Assembly (NCBI GenBank): GCA_015491245.1
Contig: WFWH01000002.1
Location: 3,823-67,822 of the forward strand
DNA: 64,000 nt
Direction: 5' to 3'
DNA from: Patescibacteria group bacterium
GTDB lineage: Bacteria > Patescibacteriota > Minisyncoccia > Phycocordibacterales > UBA12088
Shown: piece after piece, positions 50,714 to 59,473 of the stretch
How positions within the stretch are numbered: position 1 is the stretch's first letter
Layout of the letters: every line of letters begins with the position of its first letter
Program-made: the position numbers and the translations under genes
Notes under the pieces: generated by a model
The model's input: the letters and a program-made list of their open reading frames with translations, nothing else
The model's database searches: none
What the model was told of the DNA's origin: nothing

Positions 50714-52648
50714 CTAGCGCACCTCCCATCCCTCGCGCACCATCGCCGCGGCAATGCGGTCCATAATGGTATTTACCTCTTCGTCGGTGAGCGTGCGTTC
50801 ATCAGATTGGAACACCAAATGGAACGCGAAAGAGCAGCGCCCGTCTTTGGGAAAGGTATCAAACAGGTCGCAGCGTACCAGAATATCCCCGCCGATGCGG
50901 CGGATTATCTCCGCTACCGCTTCAGCTGCCGTCCCTTCAGGTACCCACACGGCAATATCGCGCAAGACGAAGGGGTAAGGGGAAGGCGGCCGGAAACGGG
51001 TCTCAGCGCTATCAACACCCGCCGGTTCATACGCGTCCGGTTCTGGCAGCGCGTCAAGCAGCGCATCAAAAGAAAGCTCCGCCGCTGCGCCGCGCCACTG
51101 GGGCTCGGGGAGTGCGGTTCCCAAATGAGCCGCGAGCGCCTCCAGCGCTTCGGAAATCTCCCCCTCGGGAGTACGCCCCTTTTTCTTTTTAGGGAATGCA
51201 ACACCAAGCGACAGCATTACCTCCTCCTCTGCGCCGCTGCCGTCCTTTCGCAGGCCTCGCCACACGGTCCCTATCTCAAACAGCGAGATTACCTCAAGTC
51301 CCAGAAGCGGCGCATAGTAGGCATTGCGCTCCAGCGCGCGTGCCATTGCGGGCAAGAGCGAAGCGCGCAGGTGGTTCTTATCCGCTGCGAGCGCATTGGC
51401 AAGCGCCACGGCACCCTGATCAGCCAACGGGTACGTATAGATCTCCGAAAATCCTCGCTGCGCGAGAAACGTACCCACCCGCTCCTCATAGTACCTGCGC
51501 TTTTGCGTGTGCGGCGCGTGTGGCAAGGGTGGGAGCGGAAGCGAGGTAATATTCTCATACCCGTAGGCTCTGCCGATTTCCTCCACCACATCCTCGGGGC
51601 CGGTGAGGTCGCGGCGCTCAAAGGGGGTGGCTACAGTGTAGCGGCCGCGCTGCTCCTGAAATTCCCACCCGAAACGGTAGAGTATCTCGTTTACCTCGCT
51701 CACTCCGAGAGGGGCACCTAAGAGCGCGGCTACATCCTCTAACGCGAACGTTACCTGCGGCGGGTGGTAGGGGTGCGGGTAGGTATCGCTGGCGCCCGCG
51801 AGCGTGCCGCCCGCAAGCGTGCGAATAAGCGCGATAACCTCCCGCAGCGCATAGGCGGTCAATTGCGGCACCGGCTGGTGCTGGAAGCGGTGCGAAGCGT
51901 CGGTGTGCAATTTGATGCGCTGTGCTGTTTTTCGTATGGTGGCGTAATGGAAGTTTGCCGCCTCCACCACGATATCTTCGGTATCCTCCCGCACTTCGGC
52001 ATGCGCGCCACCCTTAATGCCCGCAATGGCAAGCGCGGTATCGCTGGTGCCGTCGGCAATGACCAAATCTTTTTCGGTGAGCGTGTACGTCTCCCCGGTA
52101 AGCACCGTCACCTCTTCCCCCGCGCGCGCCCACCGCGCTTCCAGTATTTTCGTCTCCCCCTCCAGTTTTTGCGCATCAAACGCGTGCAGTGGCTGCCCCA
52201 GGTGCAGCATGACAAAATTGGTGGCGTCCACCACGTTATTGATGGACCGTTGCCCCACCGCCGCCAAGAGGCGCACGAGCCACTCCGGGGAGGGACCCAC
52301 ACGTACACCGCGAATAAGTACGGCACTCAAGCGGTGCACGCCTTCCTCGGCGCGAATGACCGTGCCGCAAGGGGCATCCGGGGAAAAAGGCAAGTGCGCC
52401 TCTTCCTTCAATGGATCGTTTTTAAAGGGGATATTGCCCATCACGGCAATCTCTTTGGCAATGCCGCGATGGCAGAGGCAATCACTGCCGCGATTCGCTA
52501 GCACATCCACCTCTATCACCTCATCACCCTCGTGCGCTTCCACGCCCTCTATTTCAAATGAATGGACTGTCAGCAGGTCCGCGATTGCCTGCGCCGGCGG
52601 AAGCGGGGAAGCAAAAAATCGCTGCAGCCAATTTCGCGATACGCGCAT
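50714..52648 (-). CDS. pheT: phenylalanine-tRNA ligase beta subunit, shortened (644 aa)
   Basis: SINNVVDATN, GQPLHAFD, DVVEEIGRAYGY, LRASLLP, FDX-ACB domain (RDIAV...RTLTDEEV). Confidence 0.93.
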   Translation of the reverse strand: MRVSRNWLQRFFASPLPPAQAIADLLTVHSFEIEGVEAHEGDEVIEVDVLANRGSDCLCHRGIAKEIAVMGNIPFKNDPLKEEAHLPFSPDAPCGTVIRAEEGVHRLSAVLIRGVRVGPSPEWLVRLLAAVGQRSINNVVDATNFVMLHLGQPLHAFDAQKLEGETKILEARWARAGEEVTVLTGETYTLTEKDLVIADGTSDTALAIAGIKGGAHAEVREDTEDIVVEAANFHYATIRKTAQRIKLHTDASHRFQHQPVPQLTAYALREVIALIRTLAGGTLAGASDTYPHPYHPPQVTFALEDVAALLGAPLGVSEVNEILYRFGWEFQEQRGRYTVATPFERRDLTGPEDVVEEIGRAYGYENITSLPLPPLPHAPHTQKRRYYEERVGTFLAQRGFSEIYTYPLADQGAVALANALAADKNHLRASLLPAMARALERNAYYAPLLGLEVISLFEIGTVWRGLRKDGSGAEEEVMLSLGVAFPKKKKGRTPEGEISEALEALAAHLGTALPEPQWRGAAAELSFDALLDALPEPDAYEPAGVDSAETRFRPPSPYPFVLRDIAVWVPEGTAAEAVAEIIRRIGGDILVRCDLFDTFPKDGRCSFAFHLVFQSDERTLTDEEVNTIMDRIAAAMVREGWEVR

Positions 52649-52660
52649 GGAAAAGCAAAA

Positions 52661-53407
52661 CTAAAATTGGGTGATAAAGCGTAAGTCGGCGCTCAAAAAC
52701 CAACGAATGTCGTCTATTTCGTACTTAACCGCGACGAGGCGCTCAATGCCAGCCCCGAACGCAAACCCGCCATAGCGCGAGGGATCAACGCCCGCCGCAC
52801 TGAGCACGCGAGGGTGCACCATGCCCGCGCCCATAATCTCCATCCAGCGCTCCCCGCGCGCACTGGAGTGCCACATGTCCACCTCTACTCCCGGCTCCAC
52901 AAAGGGAAAGTAGCCCGGGCGGAACCGTGTTTTGATCTCCCGGCAGTAGTAGGAGGAAAGGAACGACTCCAGCACCCCTTTCAGGTGCGCGAGCGTAATG
53001 GCGCCTTTTTTGTCAATCACCAACCCCTCCACTTGGTGGAAGGCCGCCTCGTGAGTCGCATCGGTCGCCTCGTTGCGGAATACCTGCCCGAGCGAGATGA
53101 TGCGATAGGGAGGCGCCACGCCCTTTTTCTGCATCGCCTCCATGTACCGCACCTGAACCGAACTGGTATGGGTGCGCAGGACGAGATGGGGGGCGCCCCG
53201 TACAAAAAACGTATCCTGCGCATCGCGCGCCGGGTGATCTTGCGGCACATTGAGCGCGTCAAAATTGTACCACTCGCTTTCCACGAGGGGGCCTTCCGCA
53301 ACTGCAAACCCCATGGCGCCAAAAATGCTGCGCAGCTCCATCATGGCGCGCGAGAGGGGGTGTATGTGGCCCGCCGGCACGGGTGCTTGGGAGGAGGAAT
53401 CGGTCAC
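52661..53407 (-). CDS. pheS: phenylalanine-tRNA ligase alpha subunit, catalytic core only (248 aa)
   Basis: GHIHP, NFDALN..HPARDAQDTF, LRTHTS, YFPFVEP, GFAFGAGIER. GTG start 6 nt after TATACT. Confidence 0.93.
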   Translation of the reverse strand: MTDSSSQAPVPAGHIHPLSRAMMELRSIFGAMGFAVAEGPLVESEWYNFDALNVPQDHPARDAQDTFFVRGAPHLVLRTHTSSVQVRYMEAMQKKGVAPPYRIISLGQVFRNEATDATHEAAFHQVEGLVIDKKGAITLAHLKGVLESFLSSYYCREIKTRFRPGYFPFVEPGVEVDMWHSSARGERWMEIMGAGMVHPRVLSAAGVDPSRYGGFAFGAGIERLVAVKYEIDDIRWFLSADLRFITQF

Positions 53408-53430
53408 AAGGGGAGTATAGCGAACGGTGC

Positions 53431-54477
53431 CTATTCAATCAACTCAAGGAAACGCTGCTGCGCGTCGTCTCGCACAATGATGGTGCTGCCGCTGCGCACA
53501 CGAAAATCAGAGAATTGCCCCCTGATAAGCGTCTGCACGTTCTGGCGCGAGCGGTCGTCCAGCTCTACCGCATGGAGCCCTTTGTCGTTCAGCACCAAGA
53601 GCACATCGTCCCTCCCCGGGAAAAATTCAAAGCGGCGGATGTCGTCCTGCCAATCAATGACAATGGTGTTCTTGCAAGTGATGGTGCAGAAGTAAAAAGG
53701 AATGGCGGCGCGGTCGCCCACCCATACTGCATACACATTACCCCGCTCCAGCCACGCCGCCACGCGGTTGCGCTCGCGCAAGGTGGGCTGTGCGCGGAAA
53801 TCCACCCAGCGCCCCTCCTCCCGTTGCATAAATTCCTCCAAGTAGGGCGGGAGCGCTATGCTAAACACGGTGGTGGTCGCTGCACGTGCGGCACTGCTGG
53901 TCGCCTGCGTACTAGTAGCGTGCGGCGCGCTCGTGGCACGCACTACCGCAAACTGCGGCTGTGCGGTTGCAGTAAAGTACGCCATCAACTCTTCATACGC
54001 GGGATTGGGAACCACGCGCGGCGTACTCGTGGCGCGTGACGAGGTAGCAACCGCAGGCGCACCGCTTCGCGTCGCTTCCGGTGTGGTGGTAGCGGGAATG
54101 GTTTTCCAGGTATGCGTGCGTGGCAGCATCAGCACCCGCGCCTCGGTAACCAAATTGGGGCGCACGTAGAGTGTTTTTTCCCACCAGTAGTAGCCGTCTT
54201 TCTCCACGCGTATGTGGTAGGTGCGGTTGGGGCGCAGATTTTGTATCAGCGTGTTGCGCAAAAAATACCCGTTGCGGTCTACAAACTTATCGTTGAGATA
54301 CACGCGCGTGCCGGCGACATCGGAATGGATGAAAATCCCCCCCGTGCGCACTACGTTGAGCGCGTCATCCAAGCGGTAGCCGCTCGCATACGCGGCGAGG
54401 AGCGGGCCTAACACCACAAAGAGCGCCACCGAGGTCCAGAGCAGTATGCGCCGTTTCTTTCTCTCAAGCGGTTTCAT
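53431..54477 (-). CDS. membrane-anchored PEGA-domain protein
   Basis: N-terminal TM, YASGYRL, TGGIFIHSDVAGTRVYLN...YHIRVEKDGYYWWEK PEGA-like pattern, T-rich linker. Confidence 0.7.
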   Translation of the reverse strand: MKPLERKKRRILLWTSVALFVVLGPLLAAYASGYRLDDALNVVRTGGIFIHSDVAGTRVYLNDKFVDRNGYFLRNTLIQNLRPNRTYHIRVEKDGYYWWEKTLYVRPNLVTEARVLMLPRTHTWKTIPATTTPEATRSGAPAVATSSRATSTPRVVPNPAYEELMAYFTATAQPQFAVVRATSAPHATSTQATSSAARAATTTVFSIALPPYLEEFMQREEGRWVDFRAQPTLRERNRVAAWLERGNVYAVWVGDRAAIPFYFCTITCKNTIVIDWQDDIRRFEFFPGRDDVLLVLNDKGLHAVELDDRSRQNVQTLIRGQFSDFRVRSGSTIIVRDDAQQRFLELIE

Positions 54478-56131
54478 GGGCGAGCGGAGGGGCGGCAGCG
54501 ACGCGATGCTTGGGGGTTACCCAAAACGCACCGAGATAGCGGCCCAGCATGAGGCGCGTCTGGGCATCCAGGCCGGGGATCGCCCCGAATACCACAATGG
54601 TAACGGGAACCAGCGTCCACTGGAGCGCCATAATGGTATAGTGCCATGCCTTCCGCTTTTGCAAATCGGGCGGGAGCGGCGGAATCAGCGTAAAGGCGAC
54701 AATGGCGGAGAGCACGAGCCCGCCCATGGCGAGAATCATCAAATTGCGGGTGAAGAGCGGCAGATTGTAGGAGAGCACCGTATCCCGAAACGCTTCCCCG
54801 CCCAGCAAGAGCGGCAGCCACCCCAGCAGCAGGATAAAGAGCGGATTGGTGGCGAGTGACCAAAATCCCTCAATCTGGACAATGCTGTGCCGTATTTTCT
54901 CCTTGAGAGGTATGCGCTTGTTTTTCACGAAACCAAACAGCATGTAGGGAATGTTCTCCACCCCCCACATCCAGCGGCGGTGCTGCCGGTAGATATTCAC
55001 CATGGTGCGCCAGAGGGACGGCGTCAGATTGGCATCCATGGATACCGGAAACGAAATCGGGACCACGCGGTAGTTGCCGTCATGCGCGAGATACAAATTC
55101 CAAAAAATGCGCGAGTCGTCGGAGATCATGTTTTTTTGCCAAAATCCCACGCGCGCGAGTGCGGCAAATGAAACTGCGTGCGAGGAGAACGTGGTGAGCT
55201 TTTCCGGACGCTCCTGTTGGATCATCTGCCAGAACGTGGAAGAGAGCGCGGCGACCCGCGACACGGCGGGCGCGTGCCATATGTTGTTATTGTAGAGGGG
55301 AACCGGTTGGAACGAAGCGCGCAGGCGGTCTTCGGTAGTCATAAAGTGCCACGAGAGGCAGGCGAAGTAATGGGGGTGCACCACCGTGTCAATGTCAAAT
55401 GCCGACACAATCACATCCTCAAAGGGAATGCCGTGCGCCTCGAGCACAGCGCGCTGCGCCTCTTGGGCCGCATAGGTGATGTTGGGTCCCTTGCCCCGTA
55501 TCTCGCCGGGCAAGCCGTCGGGGTGCACCGTCACCAAAAAGTGCCCGAACCGCGCCCCGTACTTGCGCCGCATGTCCTCCGCAAGCTCACGCGCCGCAGG
55601 ACCCGCGCGCTCCTCCGCCGCCAACACCACGATGAAGCGCCGCAAATCGTAGCGGGCGCGCGCGAGCGCTCGTATGCTCTGCTCCACCACTTCTCTCCCC
55701 TCTCGGTAGAATGGGAGGAGAATGAGGTGGTAGAGATGCTCGTGCTTTACCCCCTCCAGCATGCGCGGCCAATCCACTGCCATGTTGTGGCGGAGCCGCT
55801 TCCAGTTGTGGCGGTGGTGCGCCGAAAGGTACACCGTCTTCAAGAGCCAGTAGAAGTCAAATAGAATAATGAAGTATGCCGCGAGGCGCGGATTGGTTGC
55901 GGAGAGGATTGCCGTGCCCAAGAGCGACCCCCACGCGAGCGCACCGGGAAGTATTTCAAACGCACGGTAGAGCGCACGGTCCCACCCCTGCAGATCGCGC
56001 GCGTGCGCAACATGAAAATAGGGCGTTTTCGCGTAATCCACGTTATGGGCGATTATAGCGGGGCGTTTCTGGCGCGACAAGCGAAGAGGCGCCTCCGCCG
56101 CGCCTCTACCGAGAAAGTCCGGCATACGCAC
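54464..56131 (-). CDS. multi-TM GT2-family glycosyltransferase (start uncertain)
   Basis: LPFYREG, GKGPN, FDIDT (DxD), SDD, QHRRW (QxxRW) plus N- and C-terminal TMs. Confidence 0.85.
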   Translation of the reverse strand: MRMPDFLGRGAAEAPLRLSRQKRPAIIAHNVDYAKTPYFHVAHARDLQGWDRALYRAFEILPGALAWGSLLGTAILSATNPRLAAYFIILFDFYWLLKTVYLSAHHRHNWKRLRHNMAVDWPRMLEGVKHEHLYHLILLPFYREGREVVEQSIRALARARYDLRRFIVVLAAEERAGPAARELAEDMRRKYGARFGHFLVTVHPDGLPGEIRGKGPNITYAAQEAQRAVLEAHGIPFEDVIVSAFDIDTVVHPHYFACLSWHFMTTEDRLRASFQPVPLYNNNIWHAPAVSRVAALSSTFWQMIQQERPEKLTTFSSHAVSFAALARVGFWQKNMISDDSRIFWNLYLAHDGNYRVVPISFPVSMDANLTPSLWRTMVNIYRQHRRWMWGVENIPYMLFGFVKNKRIPLKEKIRHSIVQIEGFWSLATNPLFILLLGWLPLLLGGEAFRDTVLSYNLPLFTRNLMILAMGGLVLSAIVAFTLIPPLPPDLQKRKAWHYTIMALQWTLVPVTIVVFGAIPGLDAQTRLMLGRYLGAFWVTPKHRVAAAPPLAHETA

Positions 56132-56245
56132 TGGCTTTTCCGCCGCCCGCTTCTTTTTCTAAGCGCGCCACGGCACGCTAAGAACGCTGGACGCGGCTCG
56201 CCGACAAGCACGCTCCTTCGGAGCGTCTTGTATACCGGCTCCGCC

Positions 56246-56264
56246 GTTCGAGTCCCTCTCCGGC
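56246..56264 (+). repeat. inverted copy of the tRNA-Thr T-loop and 3' acceptor strand
   Basis: GTTCGAGTCCCTCT-CCGGC on + matches the tRNA 3' segment GTTCGAGTCCCTCTGCCGGC on - (56335-56316) with a single 1-nt gap. Confidence 0.85.
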
Positions 56265-56314
56265 AACACACGCTGGTCGCCGCAGGGACTGCCCTGCGGC
56301 TCCGCGTGTGTAAG

Positions 56315-56387
56315 AGCCGGCAGAGGGACTCGAACCCACGACCTGCGGTTTACAAAACCGCTGCTCTACCAACTGAGCTATGCCGGC
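56315..56387 (-). tRNA. tRNA-Thr(UGU), CCA not encoded
   Basis: GCCGGCATAGCTCAGTTGGTAGAGCAGCGGTTTTGTAAACCGCAGGTCGTGGGTTCGAGTCCCTCTGCCGGCT folds into a 73-nt cloverleaf with anticodon TGT. Confidence 0.96.
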
Positions 56388-56420
56388 TGCACGGTGGTGG
56401 GTGCGAGGCGGCGGGCAGCA

Positions 56421-57008
56421 CTACCCGCGCGCGGAGAGGCGCGCGATGCGCTCCACTTCAATGCGCTCGCCGAATTTTTGCACCGCCTCTTGAATGAGCG
56501 CCCCCACCGTTTTGGTTTCATCCTTGATGAAGGGCTGCGCTAATAATACCCGCTCCTTCAGGTATGCGTCCATCTTTCCTTCCACGATCTTGGCGCGGAT
56601 TTCCTCGGGCTTGTCCGCCGCCTCTTTCTCAAACACCGCGCGCGCGGCGCGCACGTCGTCTTCTGTTACCTCCTCGCGGCGTACGAATTGCGGATCTGCA
56701 GCCGCCACATGCATGGCAATGTCATAGGCGAGGCGCACAAAATCCTCGTTTTTCGCGACAAAATCAGTCTCGCAGGTAAGGAGTACCATGGCGCCCACCT
56801 CATGGCCGGCATGCACGTACGCTGCCACCGCACCCGCACCCAGCGAGCGGTCAGATTTTTTTGCCGCCGCGGCCCCGCTCTTTTTGCGGAGAATAACCGC
56901 AGCTTTTTCCATGTCGCCCTCAGCCTCTTCCAGCGCCTTTTTGCATTCCATGACCGAAACGCCGGTGCGGGCGCGCAATTCCTTTACCTGATCGGGAGTA
57001 ATCGCCAT
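56421..57008 (-). CDS. tsf: elongation factor Ts, short form
   Basis: VKELRARTGVSVMECKKAL, CETDFVAKN, LLAQPFIKD. Confidence 0.96.
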   Translation of the reverse strand: MAITPDQVKELRARTGVSVMECKKALEEAEGDMEKAAVILRKKSGAAAAKKSDRSLGAGAVAAYVHAGHEVGAMVLLTCETDFVAKNEDFVRLAYDIAMHVAAADPQFVRREEVTEDDVRAARAVFEKEAADKPEEIRAKIVEGKMDAYLKERVLLAQPFIKDETKTVGALIQEAVQKFGERIEVERIARLSARG

Positions 57009-57081
57009 AGGTACTTAAAAAACAACTTGCATTACTAATAATGACAGCAGAACTTGCGAGACGCGCAGCGCCCCACGCGCA

Positions 57082-57870
57082 CTACGCTCCCTCTTCTTCG
57101 GTCCCTGGTTCCGCAGTGGGAGAAGCAGCCGCCGCTTCCTTTTTACGGCGCATGCCCTCTCCATACGCTTTGCCTATCTCTTCCACAAAAAATGCGATGC
57201 TCGCGCGTGCCGCATCATTCGCCACAATGGGATAGGCGATGGGAGCAATATCACAGTCGGTGCTCGCCAGCGCGATAACCGGCAGAGAAAATTCGCGCGC
57301 CTCCCGCACCGCAATATGCTCAAAGCGGGGATCCACCACCAACAGCGCCTGCGGCAGCGCTTCCATGCCCATAAGGCCGCCGAACTTTTCCTCCAGCTTG
57401 GCGATTTCCCGGTCAAACATGAGCTGCTCCCGTTTGGTGTACTTGGCAAGCTCCCCTTTCTCACGCTGGGTGCGCAAAGTTTCCAATCGCGCTACTCGCT
57501 TCTTTATCTCGGGAAAATTGGAAAGCGTGCCGCCAATCCAGCGGCCAGCGACATAAGGGAGCCCCAAAGACTCCGCCGTCTCCCGGACCGCTTTCTGCGC
57601 CTCACTTTTGCCGCCCACCATGAGCAGCACCTTCCCCTCTGCGCCCAGGGTGTGCGCAAATTCCTTGGCGCGTGCGAGCTGCGCGGCGGTTTTGGTAAGG
57701 TCAATGATTTCCAGTTTTTCTTTGGTGCCGTAGATATACGGCGCAACGCTAGGATGGCGGCGCGCGCGCGAGCACCCGTAGTGCGCCCCCACAGAAAACA
57801 TGCGGCTCACCACCTCCGCCTGCGCTAAGTGGTCTTCTGTTCCTTGTGGAATCACCGTGGTATTCGTCAT
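57082..57870 (-). CDS. rpsB: 30S ribosomal protein S2
   Basis: GAHYG, IIDLTKT, RWIGGTLSN, AVREA, NDAA. Confidence 0.95.
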   Translation of the reverse strand: MTNTTVIPQGTEDHLAQAEVVSRMFSVGAHYGCSRARRHPSVAPYIYGTKEKLEIIDLTKTAAQLARAKEFAHTLGAEGKVLLMVGGKSEAQKAVRETAESLGLPYVAGRWIGGTLSNFPEIKKRVARLETLRTQREKGELAKYTKREQLMFDREIAKLEEKFGGLMGMEALPQALLVVDPRFEHIAVREAREFSLPVIALASTDCDIAPIAYPIVANDAARASIAFFVEEIGKAYGEGMRRKKEAAAASPTAEPGTEEEGA

Positions 57871-57972
57871 AAAGTATGCGCAACAAACTTATGGCGCCTT
57901 GCGTATCGCAGCACACACTGCCGCAGCGGCAACACCCGCCCCGCCGCGCACGCGGCGCGCCATAGTGTGGCT

Positions 57973-58001
57973 ATCGTACCAGATGAATCCTGCCTGCGCA
58001 A
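57973..58001 (-). promoter_or_regulatory. promoter for rpsB-tsf
   Basis: TTGCGC (58001-57996), 17 nt, TG-extended TACGAT (57978-57973). Confidence 0.55.
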
Positions 58002-58030
58002 GGATGCCGCGGAGCGTGGGGGAACTGCCA

Positions 58031-59017
58031 TTACGCGGTGGCGGGTGCCGCGTGCGCGCGCGCCGCCTCTGCGGCCACATCTGTGAGGATGCGGCCCAAG
58101 TCCCCGCGCAGCACCTCCGCCACATTGGACCACGACTTTTTGATGCGGTGGTCAGTGACCCGATCCTGCAGGATGTTGTAGGTGCGTATTTTTTCCGAAC
58201 GGTCACCGGTGCCTATTTGCGCGCGGCGCGCATGGGCGTATTTTCGCGCCTCCTCTTCCTCCGCCCGCTGCTGCAGTTTTGCCTGAAGGATGCGCAGCGC
58301 CTTCTCGCGGTTCTGCTGCTGGCTCCGCTCTGAGGTGCAGCGCACATCCAACCCGCTGGGCTTATGGATGAGCCGCACCGCCGTTTCCACCTTGTTGACA
58401 TTTTGCCCGCCGGCGCCGCCGGATCGGGAGTACTCTATTTCAATATCTTCCGGCTTGATCTCTATGTGCACTTTCTTCCGCACCGGCAAGATGGCGACGG
58501 ACGCGGTGGAGGTGTGGATGCGGCCGGATTTTTCCGTCTCGGGCACCCTCTGGATGCGGTGCACGCCGGTTTCAAACCTGAGCGCTTCGTACACGCCTTC
58601 CCCCTTCACCTCAAACGATGCCTCCTTGTAGCCTCCCAAATCACTGAGCGACTCTGAAAGGGTGCGCATGCGCCAGCCCCTACTGCGCGCGTACGCCGCA
58701 TACATCTCCGCCAATTCGCGGGCAAACAGCGCCGCCTCTTCCCCTCCCGCGCCCGCGCGCACCTCCAGGATCACCTCGTGGGGAAATTGCTCCTCCTTTT
58801 CTTCTTGGGCGGCAATCTCCTCCATCTGCGCTACCAGCGCATCGTACTGCGCGGAAAGCGCGCGCACCTCTTCTTGCGCGAGCGCGCGCAGAGAGGGATC
58901 GCGCTCTGCCAACTCATCGGCCTCGCGCATTTTTTCGGCAACGCGCGCGGCCTCGCCCGCCAGGAATGCGGTTTTGGGATGCGCACGGAACGGTTGGTGG
59001 CGGGTTGGAAGCTCCAT
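58031..59017 (-). CDS. prfA: peptide chain release factor 1 (short N-terminus)
   Basis: [12 protein letters not shown] (PxT motif = RF1), [20 protein letters not shown]. Confidence 0.95.
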   Translation of the reverse strand: MELPTRHQPFRAHPKTAFLAGEAARVAEKMREADELAERDPSLRALAQEEVRALSAQYDALVAQMEEIAAQEEKEEQFPHEVILEVRAGAGGEEAALFARELAEMYAAYARSRGWRMRTLSESLSDLGGYKEASFEVKGEGVYEALRFETGVHRIQRVPETEKSGRIHTSTASVAILPVRKKVHIEIKPEDIEIEYSRSGGAGGQNVNKVETAVRLIHKPSGLDVRCTSERSQQQNREKALRILQAKLQQRAEEEEARKYAHARRAQIGTGDRSEKIRTYNILQDRVTDHRIKKSWSNVAEVLRGDLGRILTDVAAEAARAHAAPATA

Positions 59018-59137
59018 GATGTTCACGGAGGCACACGAGAATGCGCGCCCCTCTACCTACGCAACATTACCAAAAAGGAACGCGTAACAAAAAACCCATG
59101 GCACCACGCGCAGCGTGGGGAGCGCGGTATATGTTGG

Positions 59138-59413
59138 TTACCGGCGCGCGGCGCGTGCCGCGCGTGCCGCCTCTTGCCGCTTGCGGAATTTTTCCACCCG
59201 ACCGGTGGTGTCTACGGTCGTTTCTTTTCCGGTGTAAAAGGGGTGGGAAGCGCTAGAGATTTCCACCGTTGCTTTGGGGTAGGTGTTACCGTCTTGCTCC
59301 CACACCTCTTCTTCCGATGTGGCGATGGTGGAGTGCAGCAAAAAACGCGCACCGGAAGCGGCGTCCACAAAAATAACCGGGCGGTAGTTTTTTGGGTGTA
59401 TCCCTTTTTTCAT
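59138..59413 (-). CDS. rpmE2: 50S ribosomal protein L31 type B (zinc-free)
   Basis: [39 protein letters not shown]; no Cys. Confidence 0.93.
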   Translation of the reverse strand: MKKGIHPKNYRPVIFVDAASGARFLLHSTIATSEEEVWEQDGNTYPKATVEISSASHPFYTGKETTVDTTGRVEKFRKRQEAARAARAARR

Positions 59414-59473
59414 TGCATGCGCATTATACTAAAAAAATACGCTCCTGCAAGAGGCGCGTGCCGAGGCGGGCGT

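Noticed and set aside
56246-56264. attL/attR of an integrated element at tRNA-Thr
   Set aside because: The copy is inverted and only ~50 nt from the tRNA; no integrase or foreign island nearby.
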